In this document: piece by piece, positions 20,804 to 29,473 of the stretch | How positions within the stretch are numbered: the first letter of the stretch is position 1 | Layout of the letters: each line of letters opens with the position of its first letter | Origin: a virus | Lineage: Duplodnaviria; Caudoviricetes | Strand: one strand, 5' to 3' | IMG/VR virus record: IMGVR_UViG_3300020042_001002 | Span: 1 to 55,611 of that record | Length of the DNA: 55,611 nt | Notes under the pieces: generated by a model | The model's database searches: none | Told to the model about the DNA's origin: nothing | Seen by the model: the letters and a program-made list of their open reading frames with translations, nothing else | Translations under genes and position numbers: made by a program

Positions 20804-21152
20804 TTTGCTTCCACTTCTTTAGGAGTTCCATGTAATGTTCTAAACCAACCATGACAATCCATTCAGAACGATCTGCTCTAAAGAATAAAATTGGCTCACC
20901 CTTACCATGTCGTTTAGCCTGTGCCAACCAATCATACTGCATCTTCATGCCAGACTTTCGTCTCTTCACTTCGATACTGATTGGCATCTTCTTGCGGGCA
21001 GCGGGGGAAAGCTGTATGTCCTCTCCCCCATCACCCATTGTTGTAGACTTCACATCGTCAGCCTCTAAGTCAGGGAAGGTTGCTAAGATTTTATCCCTAA
21101 TCTCTTGTTGACCCATACGACCCTTGGCCTTAGCACTGGTGACTGTTGTCAT
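20796..21152 (-). CDS. PD-(D/E)XK endonuclease / Holliday junction resolvase-like
   Basis: KAKGR, GEDI, SIEVK motifs. Confidence 0.75.
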   Translation of the reverse strand: MTTVTSAKAKGRMGQQEIRDKILATFPDLEADDVKSTTMGDGGEDIQLSPAARKKMPISIEVKRRKSGMKMQYDWLAQAKRHGKGEPILFFRADRSEWIVMVGLEHYMELLKKWKQNV

Positions 21153-22003
21153 TCAATCAACTCCGTCACACGAGGTTCATTAACGACATCAACCAAGTAA
21201 GCTGGTCCGGTGCTGTATAGAAAAGTTCTAGCCTCAGGCCAACAAACCTTACGGAAGTCACAGTAGCCGCACGTACCTGATAGCTGTGTGTTTGGAGAAG
21301 ACTTTGACTGAGGTACAACAGGTAGTCTATCCTCAGGGATACTTCCAGTAACAACTGCTTTAACACGTTCAATCTCTGCCTCCTTGTTATTGATCTCCTC
21401 TGTGAAGTCATAACGATCTAAGCAGAGTTCAAATCTATCCTTCTTAACTACCAGAAACGCACCATCAGTCTTGTTCTTAACCTTTGGGTTGTCCTTACCA
21501 GCATAGACGTATGAACTTAGCTGGCTGATGTAGCCAAAGGGATCGTCATCTCGTAGGTTGTGGCCCTTGAACTTCTGGAACCCATACGATGACGCAGACT
21601 TCACATCAACTGTGACACCATCAATGACAGCATCCATGTGACCGACAATCCCAAAGACATTCACCTCATCCTGCATACATTCTACAGTGTGACCCGCTGC
21701 CATAGCTAGTGATAGTAGTAAGGCTTCAAGTAGGTCACCATAGAAGAATGTACCTAGCATCTCAGCACTAACAGGTTCCGCATCTTCAGTCTGGTTTAGT
21801 TTGTACCAAAGCTTTCTGTCGCAGGGGGAACCAACCGCAGAGAGGCTAAGGTAGTCCCGTGGTTTCTGTTCTTGGGAAAACCTAGCCTCTGCTATGCTTG
21901 AGATAGAAGATGAAAGGAACTCAGTCACTGACTTGTCCCATCCACCCTTCCCCTCAATCACCCTAAGGATGTCATTCACTAGGGTGTCGAGGGACTTACT
22001 CAA
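21149..22003 (-). CDS. Cas4-like PD-(D/E)XK exonuclease
   Basis: CDRKLWY, GHMDAVIDGVTVDVKS, QLSSY, C..C.....C cluster. Confidence 0.82.
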   Translation of the reverse strand: MSKSLDTLVNDILRVIEGKGGWDKSVTEFLSSSISSIAEARFSQEQKPRDYLSLSAVGSPCDRKLWYKLNQTEDAEPVSAEMLGTFFYGDLLEALLLSLAMAAGHTVECMQDEVNVFGIVGHMDAVIDGVTVDVKSASSYGFQKFKGHNLRDDDPFGYISQLSSYVYAGKDNPKVKNKTDGAFLVVKKDRFELCLDRYDFTEEINNKEAEIERVKAVVTGSIPEDRLPVVPQSKSSPNTQLSGTCGYCDFRKVCWPEARTFLYSTGPAYLVDVVNEPRVTELIE

Positions 22004-22530
22004 AACGGAATCTCGTCATCTTCAAGAACAGCTACTTTCTTGGGGACAACCTTTGCTGGCGCTGTGGCCTTAGCTGGGGGTGGAGCTTCTTCCTCATCAT
22101 CAGGGTTATACTCCACGTGTTCGACAACCTTCACCTTGTCCAAGCGAGTACCTACGATAGCCTTACGTGAGGTATCATAGACAGACAAGACAATCTCTAC
22201 GAGTGAACCATTACCGATAGTACCATCCTCATCGTAGTCCCACGTAGTTCCGTCTGCCTTGACCACAACAGGTGCGCCACCACCAATAAAGTCGGTCCAC
22301 TTACGCTTGAAGCGAACACGAGTGATACCAACCTCTTCAGTGGGCTTGCCCTTAAGCATAGACTTGCTACGCTGGAGCTTCTCCAACTGAGTAGAATCAA
22401 GATCAACGTCGATGGTGCATTGCCCACCACTGTCCTTCAGTGCATCCTCATACCCAGTCAAGTCGCGGTTATCTTCGAAGACCTTAGCCCAGTATCCACG
22501 ACCAGTCAGCTTTACTTTACGAGTACCCAT
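22000..22530 (-). CDS. Single-stranded DNA-binding protein (T7 gp2.5-like)
   Basis: IGNGS motif and acidic tail ending DDEIPF. Confidence 0.8.
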   Translation of the reverse strand: MGTRKVKLTGRGYWAKVFEDNRDLTGYEDALKDSGGQCTIDVDLDSTQLEKLQRSKSMLKGKPTEEVGITRVRFKRKWTDFIGGGAPVVVKADGTTWDYDEDGTIGNGSLVEIVLSVYDTSRKAIVGTRLDKVKVVEHVEYNPDDEEEAPPPAKATAPAKVVPKKVAVLEDDEIPF

Positions 22531-22555
22531 GTACTTGCTCCCTTTGATTTAGATA

Positions 22556-22585
22556 ATAGTAACAGAAGTCCTTAGTGTTATGCAA
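22556..22585 (-). promoter_or_regulatory. Putative promoter for the SSB gene
   Basis: TTGCAT-N18-TACTAT with TG extension on the - strand. Confidence 0.45.
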
Positions 22586-22721
22586 GAGGTTTTTCACCTG
22601 CTACACGATATTTTCTAGTTTTAGTTGTATCACGCACCAATTCCTTACCACCCTTAGACATACGCATGGGGGTACTGTTAGGCTTGGTCATCTTCTTTAG
22701 TCCAACGATCTTCTTTTCCAT
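22578..22721 (-). CDS. Small basic hypothetical protein (47 aa)
   Basis: GAGGAA RBS; translated by hand. Confidence 0.4.
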   Translation of the reverse strand: MEKKIVGLKKMTKPNSTPMRMSKGGKELVRDTTKTRKYRVAGEKPLA

Positions 22722-22730
22722 ATCATTTCC

Positions 22731-24611
22731 TCAATGGATGTGTGCGTAGGTAGTCCCAAACTGAACGGAGATGTCCAACTTGACGTTTAGCTTGAGCTTC
22801 TCATTAACCTTCTCGATTGCCCAGCGGAGTATGGATTCATGTTCTTCCTCCTCGCCCACTGGAATGCGGTTGATCGACTCATCGTGGAACTGCCCAATGA
22901 TGTTTGGTCGCTGGGTCAGGTAGTGTGCAACCCATTGGTCAAAGCAGTAAGCACCAGTGGATTGGTTGAGGGTAGAGAAAACATCCTTCTCATACCGCAA
23001 GGAATACCAGAAGCCATTCACGGGGTTCTTGACCCACATCTGCTTGTTCAGAGTTCTAATCTTCTGTTCACTAGCAAACTGTTTGACCGCCCAGTTACGC
23101 TCCCAGTAAGCATCAAGTAGTACACCAGCTTCTGCCTGTGTCATACCCGTAGTTCTTGATAGCTTCGCCTTACCCACACCATAGACTGCGGAGTAATTCA
23201 CAGGCTTGAACTTCTTACGAACCTTCTTGATAGCCTTGAACCTAAGTATGTCATTCACTGTGTCTTCATCAGCTCTAGTGTAGAAGTCGTAGTCATCTGA
23301 GTTGATATAGCCAGCACGTACTGCAAGGTCAAGGTGTTCATCAAAGCCCTGTACAGACATCTCAGCTACATAGTCAGGGTCATATGGGAAGATGTAGTGA
23401 CGCTTGGTAGTAGCTTCAAGGGACACCATGTCTGCACCACACAGCATCGTACCCTCATCAGCAATCAATGCACCCCTGATCTCCTTACCCCACACCTTGT
23501 CAACTCCGGGAAGATTTACCAGAGGCTTCTTGTGCTTGAAGCGTAGGGTATTGGTTAGCCCACTGATCTCTGCCTTGACATACCCATTGACCTGAGACTC
23601 AAGCATCCCCTCGAAGGTAGACTTGCGGTGTTGGATAACAGTAAGCCCATCAAGGACTTCGACAGTGGGGTTCTTATCAATTAGAAGTTTGACTGAGGGG
23701 GTAAGCTCACCATCTTTACGAACCTGAGGCACAAGACGATCCGTACCATCATCATTCTTCTTATAGTCAAAGGTACATGGTTGCCAACCCATAGACGTAA
23801 GCCAGTCCTTAACCTGATCTGGTGAGTTAGGGTTTGGTGGTTCAGTACTCTTAACGACAGTAATGTCACCCTCGTAGAACAGGGGTAGGTCATTGTCCTC
23901 TAGGGTGTTGAACCATTTAATTGCAGCCTCAGTATGAGTACCATCCTTCTTGGTCATCTTCTCAGGCTTAGACTTGGTGACATACTTGAACACAGTCGGC
24001 ATGACCTGCTTGAGTTCCTCTACCTTTTCTTCCTGTGCCTTCTCCAGTATAGCGATAGACTTCTCTACCAGATCAAGGTCAACCCTCCAGCCAGCCTCCT
24101 CAGCTAGGTATGCACACTTCATCTTGAAGGTAAGGTACTGGAAGAACTTATCCATAGTCTCCTTGTCCTTACCATAGAGCATACGATACTTCTTTAGTAG
24201 GTCCATCCAGAGTAGCCAGTTGATCTTCACATCCTCTTCACAGCGATGCTTGTACTCTTCATAGGTTAAACCTTCCCAGTCAGTCACGACAGGCTTAGGT
24301 ACACCAAAGTCTACCCCAAAGGACTCAAGGCCATGAGAAGGACGATCAAGGTTAATCACCCAAGACATGGGCAGTGTGTCGTATAGCTTGGCTTTGATCT
24401 TAATACCAAGGATTTTCTCTAGTACAGCAATATCAAACCTAATAATATTGTGACCCACGAGGATAGTCTCCGTAGTCAGTAGCTCACGCATATCATTGTA
24501 GTCATGTAGGCTAGAGAAAGTTACACCATCACGAGTGTAAGACAGCACATGAACCTTAGTTGCCACATCAAGGAACCCATCAGTCTCACAATCTATTACG
24601 CAAACTGTCAT
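22731..24611 (-). CDS. polA: Family A DNA polymerase with 3'-5' exonuclease
   Basis: IDCETDG, GHNIIRFD, RCEED; motif A GADMVSLE, motif B RKKFKPVNYSAVYG, motif C QFHDE. Confidence 0.93.
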   Translation of the reverse strand: MTVCVIDCETDGFLDVATKVHVLSYTRDGVTFSSLHDYNDMRELLTTETILVGHNIIRFDIAVLEKILGIKIKAKLYDTLPMSWVINLDRPSHGLESFGVDFGVPKPVVTDWEGLTYEEYKHRCEEDVKINWLLWMDLLKKYRMLYGKDKETMDKFFQYLTFKMKCAYLAEEAGWRVDLDLVEKSIAILEKAQEEKVEELKQVMPTVFKYVTKSKPEKMTKKDGTHTEAAIKWFNTLEDNDLPLFYEGDITVVKSTEPPNPNSPDQVKDWLTSMGWQPCTFDYKKNDDGTDRLVPQVRKDGELTPSVKLLIDKNPTVEVLDGLTVIQHRKSTFEGMLESQVNGYVKAEISGLTNTLRFKHKKPLVNLPGVDKVWGKEIRGALIADEGTMLCGADMVSLEATTKRHYIFPYDPDYVAEMSVQGFDEHLDLAVRAGYINSDDYDFYTRADEDTVNDILRFKAIKKVRKKFKPVNYSAVYGVGKAKLSRTTGMTQAEAGVLLDAYWERNWAVKQFASEQKIRTLNKQMWVKNPVNGFWYSLRYEKDVFSTLNQSTGAYCFDQWVAHYLTQRPNIIGQFHDESINRIPVGEEEEHESILRWAIEKVNEKLKLNVKLDISVQFGTTYAHIH

Positions 24612-25056
24612 TCAGTACTTTCTCCCTCGCTATTTCGTAGACTTGGCTTGCTTCTTCTGGGGTTTCAAAGGTTCCAATGTTTTTTCCCTGCAAGACTGCC
24701 GCGTACCTACCACTAGGTCTTAGGTAATAACCCTTAACACTTCTATTCAAGTTGTTTTGTTGTTGCGTCACAACTCGTAAATTAACCCACCTGTTATCTG
24801 TCCTAATGCGATTAATATGGTCGATCTGACCCAAAGGATCATCACCTGTGACAAGTTTCCAAATAACTCTCGCCAAACGATAGTGCTTCCTTTGAAAGCA
24901 GACTCCCAGATAACCACTGATGCCCAGAGAGCCTACCTCATAACCTAAGGGTGTTCTTTGAGAGGTTTGTTTAAGAAGGGTTACGATCCCTGTGTCTTTG
25001 TCATAGTTAAAGCACTCACGTAGCAGGTCAACATCAGGCAGTGGAATATGTTTCAT
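24586..25056 (-). CDS. HNH homing endonuclease
   Basis: IDHINRIRTDNRWVNLR plus an AP2-like C-terminus (IGTFETPEEA). Confidence 0.85.
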   Translation of the reverse strand: MKHIPLPDVDLLRECFNYDKDTGIVTLLKQTSQRTPLGYEVGSLGISGYLGVCFQRKHYRLARVIWKLVTGDDPLGQIDHINRIRTDNRWVNLRVVTQQQNNLNRSVKGYYLRPSGRYAAVLQGKNIGTFETPEEASQVYEIAREKVLNDSLRNRL

Positions 25057-26628
25057 TTAGAACCCCTCTCGTAGGATAGTTGTTTCAGGATCATAGTACA
25101 GAGAACCTGCATCACCAAGTTTAGCGAACGGGCGATTTTTGTCAATTAAAAAGTGAGTGGTGTTCTGTTCCACCTCATCCTCACTCTCCACATCACGCTC
25201 AAGTTTGATGCAGATGATAGCCTCTTCCTCAAGTGCGCCAGCATACTTAGTGCGTCCATCCTCGTTGACCTGACTGATGAAGATCACACCAATGTTTAAT
25301 TCCTTAGCCAACTGTGCTGACTGTGCGCCAATAGATGTTAGGGTCGAGGTAGCACCATCCACACCTGCGGCTGACAGGTAGGCTAGTCGTTGTACGTGGT
25401 CGATGAAGATATAGCCAGCCCCATAGACTGAGGAAGCTAGGCGTATGTAGTCAAGTATCTTCAGGGGGTCATCATGTACCCGCATCTCGAAGATGATAGT
25501 GCGCTCACCATCTGTGGCCTTCTGTGCAGCCTTGATGACATCATCCTCACTGATCCCATTATCTCGTGCATCATCCTTTGTACGTACATTGATACCAAGT
25601 TCATAGGTAGCCATAGAACGATAGGTGCTGGACTTCATCTCCTCCATGTGCAGTAGGGCGATACGTTCATCAGGGTCACGCAGCATAGCCATCTCGAAGA
25701 AGCGTACCACCTCAGTCTTACCCATGCCACGTGGTGCTTTGATAAAGGTAATGCCACCCTTGACCAGCCCACGGCACTTCTCATCTATCCCTTGGTGACC
25801 TGTTGGTACATACTCGTAGGGATTTTCGGTACGAATCGCAAGGTCAACAGCATCGTCTGAACAGAAGAAGTTGTCTGGCGTATAACGCTGTGGTTTGATA
25901 GCAGCCCACTTAAGGGTATCACCCGCCCCTGACATAAGGAACTCGTTAGCATCCTTGTGCTGAGACATGGGGACGTAATAGAAGTTCTTGGGAAACGCTG
26001 CATAGAGTAGCTCCGCTGCTTTCTTTCCTGCATCATCTAGCTCACCAGCATAGACAATCTCTTGGAAGGTGGAGAGGTACTTATAGTTCTTCTTGACGAA
26101 CTTCTCACCAATGCTGGCACTGGGAAGGGATACTACGGGGTAAGTCTTGCCAAGGATTTGATAGAGGGATGCAGCATCGAACTCACCCTCAGTGATAAAG
26201 ATTTTCTTGGACGTACCAGAGTTGAAGTCAGGGCCATACAAATCCTCAAGCCCCTTGCCCTTCTCCTTGAGCCAGAACACCTTCTCGTCATAGCCACGAT
26301 ACTTGATGTTGTCCTTGTGCTTGAAGGCATAGCGTACTGGTGTACCATCCTCAGCAACCTGTAACTGGATGTTGTACAACTTGCACACATCAGGGTCGAT
26401 CCCCCTGATACCATCGTATGTGATACCTGTTACAGGTAAGTGTCTTACGTCAACTTGTTGTTTCACAGGGTACTCCTCTAATGCCCAGTCTTTTAGGCCC
26501 TTCATTCTTGGTGGTGGATACGACCCTCCGCAAGCAAAGCAACTACCAAAACCCTTATCATTCCAAGAGAAAGCATCAGAACTTTGGCAGTTCGCAAATG
26601 GGCAGGGTTTGTGCGGATGCTCTGTCAT
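25057..26628 (-). CDS. Primase-helicase (T7 gp4-like)
   Basis: N-terminal Cys zinc finger, TOPRIM ITEGEFDA, KDANE, Walker A APRGMGKT, IFIDH, SQVN. Confidence 0.9.
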   Translation of the reverse strand: MTEHPHKPCPFANCQSSDAFSWNDKGFGSCFACGGSYPPPRMKGLKDWALEEYPVKQQVDVRHLPVTGITYDGIRGIDPDVCKLYNIQLQVAEDGTPVRYAFKHKDNIKYRGYDEKVFWLKEKGKGLEDLYGPDFNSGTSKKIFITEGEFDAASLYQILGKTYPVVSLPSASIGEKFVKKNYKYLSTFQEIVYAGELDDAGKKAAELLYAAFPKNFYYVPMSQHKDANEFLMSGAGDTLKWAAIKPQRYTPDNFFCSDDAVDLAIRTENPYEYVPTGHQGIDEKCRGLVKGGITFIKAPRGMGKTEVVRFFEMAMLRDPDERIALLHMEEMKSSTYRSMATYELGINVRTKDDARDNGISEDDVIKAAQKATDGERTIIFEMRVHDDPLKILDYIRLASSVYGAGYIFIDHVQRLAYLSAAGVDGATSTLTSIGAQSAQLAKELNIGVIFISQVNEDGRTKYAGALEEEAIICIKLERDVESEDEVEQNTTHFLIDKNRPFAKLGDAGSLYYDPETTILREGF

Positions 26629-26678
26629 ACTCTAAGTCCTTTACCCTTTCAAGTAGTTCTTTGATACGTAAGTGATGT

Positions 26679-27476
26679 TCAAAACCCATTTCTCAACGCC
26701 CCCCATGATACAGGATAAAGATCAAGCATGATAGTATCAATCTGATCTGCCACTAGGCGAGACTCGTACTGTGCATCCTGCTTGCAACGTAGGTTAGCCA
26801 TATCAGCGAAGGCGTCAAGTGATCCACTCCACCACCACTCAGTCATCATAGATTGTGGCAGTACCATACGTGCTTGTTCAGGTGCAACCCCCGCCTCAAG
26901 CATATCTCTATAGAGTGAGTCAACTTGCTGCAATAAAAAGAGGTCATAAGCTCTCCACACTTTTGTCCTTGAATAGGATTGCGTTACACCCTCAAAATAT
27001 TTTAAATGCTCAACCTCTTCTTTTGAAGAACCTTGTTTCTTATCCACAGACTTACCACGCCATACCTGTGGATAATAGAACTCAGGCTCACTGTCCACAT
27101 ACCTACGACTGATCTCATTCCAACGCAGGAACTTATGCTTCACCAGTTGTCGTGCCACAAAGACAGGGGCCTTAACGTGGAAGGATGCGAAGCAGTGACC
27201 GAATGGAGACTTGTGTGGCTCTGCCTCTTCTAGTGCTTGGTATGCCTCCATCACAGTGTCATAGTCGGTGGAGTTGACCATCTGTGCCAGCCATGTGGCT
27301 AGGTCTTTGGACTGCATACCAGTGGCGAGGTAGTTGATCAAGCGTACATCAGCATCCTTAAGCGTGAGGTATCCATCCACTTCAACCAACTCAGACTTCT
27401 TACCAAAGGATACCCGTGCTGCATTCACAACGCTAAGGTCAGTACCCATGTGGTCGATGTAACTAACTTCAATCAT
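26679..27476 (-). CDS. thyX: Flavin-dependent thymidylate synthase
   Basis: VVNAARVSF, VARQLVKHK, WNEISRRY, EQARMVLPQ. Confidence 0.92.
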   Translation of the reverse strand: MIEVSYIDHMGTDLSVVNAARVSFGKKSELVEVDGYLTLKDADVRLINYLATGMQSKDLATWLAQMVNSTDYDTVMEAYQALEEAEPHKSPFGHCFASFHVKAPVFVARQLVKHKFLRWNEISRRYVDSEPEFYYPQVWRGKSVDKKQGSSKEEVEHLKYFEGVTQSYSRTKVWRAYDLFLLQQVDSLYRDMLEAGVAPEQARMVLPQSMMTEWWWSGSLDAFADMANLRCKQDAQYESRLVADQIDTIMLDLYPVSWGALRNGF

Positions 27477-27660
27477 TGGCTTTGTCCTTTAGTGGCATGA
27501 ACTCATCACAGTTAGAAGACATATCTTGGACAGCGATAGGTGCTTCGTCACTTCCCCACCACTTGGCAGCATTAGCTACAACTTCCTTAGTGTACTTACG
27601 GAAACACTTATCGTTAGCACAGTCAGCCCAGCAAAAGGTCATGTCCTTATAGCAGATCAT
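27469..27660 (-). CDS. Small Cys-rich hypothetical protein
   Basis: MICYKDMTFC..C....C pattern. Confidence 0.6.
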   Translation of the reverse strand: MICYKDMTFCWADCANDKCFRKYTKEVVANAAKWWGSDEAPIAVQDMSSNCDEFMPLKDKAND

Positions 27661-27991
27661 CTCTGTAATCCCCTACCTTACGATCATCATCTACTTCATC
27701 AAGCCATGCGTCTTCATCATAGGGATCACTATCATCAATGTTCTCTTCAAGATGTACATCATGCCCAGCAATCTCTAAGGCTTTCTTCATACCCTTGATG
27801 AAGTTCTCCCACGTATCTATGTCCATGTCCTCATCCCCTCCCTCATTTAGCACACCACCAAACTTATCGTCTCGTGAGGTAGACCATACGTGCTGACCAT
27901 TCTCATAAAGATGGATAACGAAGTGAGTACCAGAACCGCAGCACTCGCAGTACCAGTTGGTTGTCGTAAGGCTAATTGTGTAGTGGCTCAT
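27647..27991 (-). CDS. Acidic hypothetical protein with CxCC motif
   Basis: ORF overlapping both neighbours. Confidence 0.55.
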   Translation of the reverse strand: MSHYTISLTTTNWYCECCGSGTHFVIHLYENGQHVWSTSRDDKFGGVLNEGGDEDMDIDTWENFIKGMKKALEIAGHDVHLEENIDDSDPYDEDAWLDEVDDDRKVGDYRDDLL

Positions 27992-29067
27992 TCCTTGTAC
28001 CCTTTCCTAGATGCTTGTGCTGTCTTAGCCCCCTCATACGTATGCTTCATGTATGGGTTGAGACTAGAGATGTTCTTGTGGCCTGTCACCTGCATAATTC
28101 CCGTGCTGTCAACCCCCGCTGCTACGAACTCAGTGATGGCAGTCTTTCTCAGATGACCAATCTTTAATTCCTCTGGTAGTCCACACGCTTCCTTCACCTG
28201 TCGAAGTATAGGGCCAATCGCCATCGGGTTCAAGGGTACATATGCTTTGTCAGATGATCTATGGTTAGGGATGACTAACTTTTGGAACCCATAGTCAGCC
28301 TCTTGTTGCTTAAGCAGGGACAACAGTGAACCCTCAATAGGCATCTCTACCTCAGCCCCACGCTTGGACTGCTTGATCTTCACCTTGGCACGAGTGAGGT
28401 CGAGGTTGCTCCACTGTAGGTGTGTAATGTCTGTAGGTCTTTGCGCCCACTCATAGCACATCATCACCAGTAAGCCTATGTTTCTCCACTCGAACTTAGT
28501 AAAGGCAGTGGCAATGAATAGTTCTACCTGTGCCTGTGTCCAGATGGGTGTGTATGCCTCATGCTTAACCTTCTTCACCCTGCCCATAGGGTTGTCGCTG
28601 ATGAGGTCCAGTGACCTTGCATAGTTCAGAACGACAGAGAACAACCTCGCCCTCTCGTTAGCCTTAGCCACTGTGTGTGCCTGTACCCAAGCCTCATACA
28701 CATCGTTGCAGATACGTGCTGTCAGCCTGTCCAGTGGCATCTCACCAAGGGTGGACAAGGATACCTTAGCTAACTCTATCTCGTACTTGAGTTGGGATGA
28801 TGGGGCTAGTGATACGAAGTGCTTAGATGCTAGATAGTATCCGATAATATGTTTGATCTTTGAGGTCGGACCTACTGTGCCAGCCTTGATCTCACCCTTA
28901 CGATAAGCCTCAATAGCCTCAAGCAAACGGGGAACTTCATACCTTGCAGTGCGACCATCACTGAACGTCTGCGACTTAACTACACCAGCCTTACGGGCTT
29001 CCTTTGGTGGGGTGAACCTGTGTACTGTCGTTCCATCCTTCAGCAAAACCTTCTTGGTGTACTTCAT
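27988..29067 (-). CDS. Tyrosine recombinase / integrase
   Basis: Likely start ATG 29067 after AGGAG; catalytic R (AQRPTD), K, HxR (GHLRKT), H (TGH) and Y (NPY) all present. Confidence 0.88.
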   Translation of the reverse strand: MKYTKKVLLKDGTTVHRFTPPKEARKAGVVKSQTFSDGRTARYEVPRLLEAIEAYRKGEIKAGTVGPTSKIKHIIGYYLASKHFVSLAPSSQLKYEIELAKVSLSTLGEMPLDRLTARICNDVYEAWVQAHTVAKANERARLFSVVLNYARSLDLISDNPMGRVKKVKHEAYTPIWTQAQVELFIATAFTKFEWRNIGLLVMMCYEWAQRPTDITHLQWSNLDLTRAKVKIKQSKRGAEVEMPIEGSLLSLLKQQEADYGFQKLVIPNHRSSDKAYVPLNPMAIGPILRQVKEACGLPEELKIGHLRKTAITEFVAAGVDSTGIMQVTGHKNISSLNPYMKHTYEGAKTAQASRKGYKE

Positions 29068-29075
29068 GTTGTCTC

Positions 29076-29090
29076 CTACTGTCGACACTA
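29076..29090 (-). repeat. Collapsed variant of the early-region hairpin repeat (CTACTGTCGACACTA)
   Basis: Same flanks as the six full copies with the centre deleted; abuts the recombinase RBS. Confidence 0.65.
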
Positions 29091-29110
29091 AAAATAGTAG
29101 AAGGTAGCAC

Positions 29111-29139
29111 TTGCCCTTTGTCTGAACCTGTGCTACCCT
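29111..29139 (+). promoter_or_regulatory. Putative antisense-oriented promoter
   Basis: TTGCCC-N17-TACCCT with TG extension. Confidence 0.35.
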
Positions 29140-29141
29140 CA

Positions 29142-29212
29142 ATCTCTTTATGTATACTTAAAGAGATACTTAAGTAATATTACTTATTAAGAATAAGTAC
29201 TTAAGTATTCTT
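29142..29212. repeat. AT-rich stacked palindromes (possible origin or recombination site)
   Basis: TAAGTAATATTACTTA (29171-29186), TAAGTACTTA, TACTTAAGTA x2. Confidence 0.6.
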
Positions 29213-29402
29213 TAGGTTTAACCAGAGAGAGAACTTTATGAAGGTGCATAATGTTACCACTTGCATCTTGCAAAGCATCGAAGATGTCTATAACATTGCC
29301 CTCTACACTATTCTCTGCCCCGAATGCCACAGCATCAGCCAACAGATCAAGGTAATCCTCAGCTATGACACTCCTGTTGTTCCTAACCATCACATGGTAC
29401 AT
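29187..29402 (-). CDS. Hypothetical protein
   Basis: 71-aa ORF co-oriented with the early arm. Confidence 0.5.
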   Translation of the reverse strand: MYHVMVRNNRSVIAEDYLDLLADAVAFGAENSVEGNVIDIFDALQDASGNIMHLHKVLSLVKPKEYLSTYS

Positions 29403-29411
29403 CTTCTTGTG

Positions 29412-29471
29412 CTACCCAAATACATATACAAGGATAGCTAAGAAGAACCCAAGCCACAATAGGTCTGTCAT
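29412..29471 (-). CDS. Possible 19-aa membrane peptide (MTDLLWLGFFLAILVYVFG)
   Basis: GGAGG upstream, start just after the rIIB stop; translated by hand. Confidence 0.4.
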   Translation of the reverse strand: MTDLLWLGFFLAILVYVFG

Positions 29472-29473
29472 TA

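Noticed and set aside
21149-22003. Cas4-like gene as part of CRISPR-Cas
   Set aside because: It is a stand-alone phage exonuclease within the replication operon, next to SSB and the resolvase.
29068-29142. Longer recombinase start at 29142
   Set aside because: A strong RBS precedes ATG 29067; the extension covers regulatory sequence.
29142-29212. Protelomerase target (hairpin telomere)
   Set aside because: The palindromes are only 10-16 bp and the adjacent enzyme looks like a standard tyrosine recombinase.
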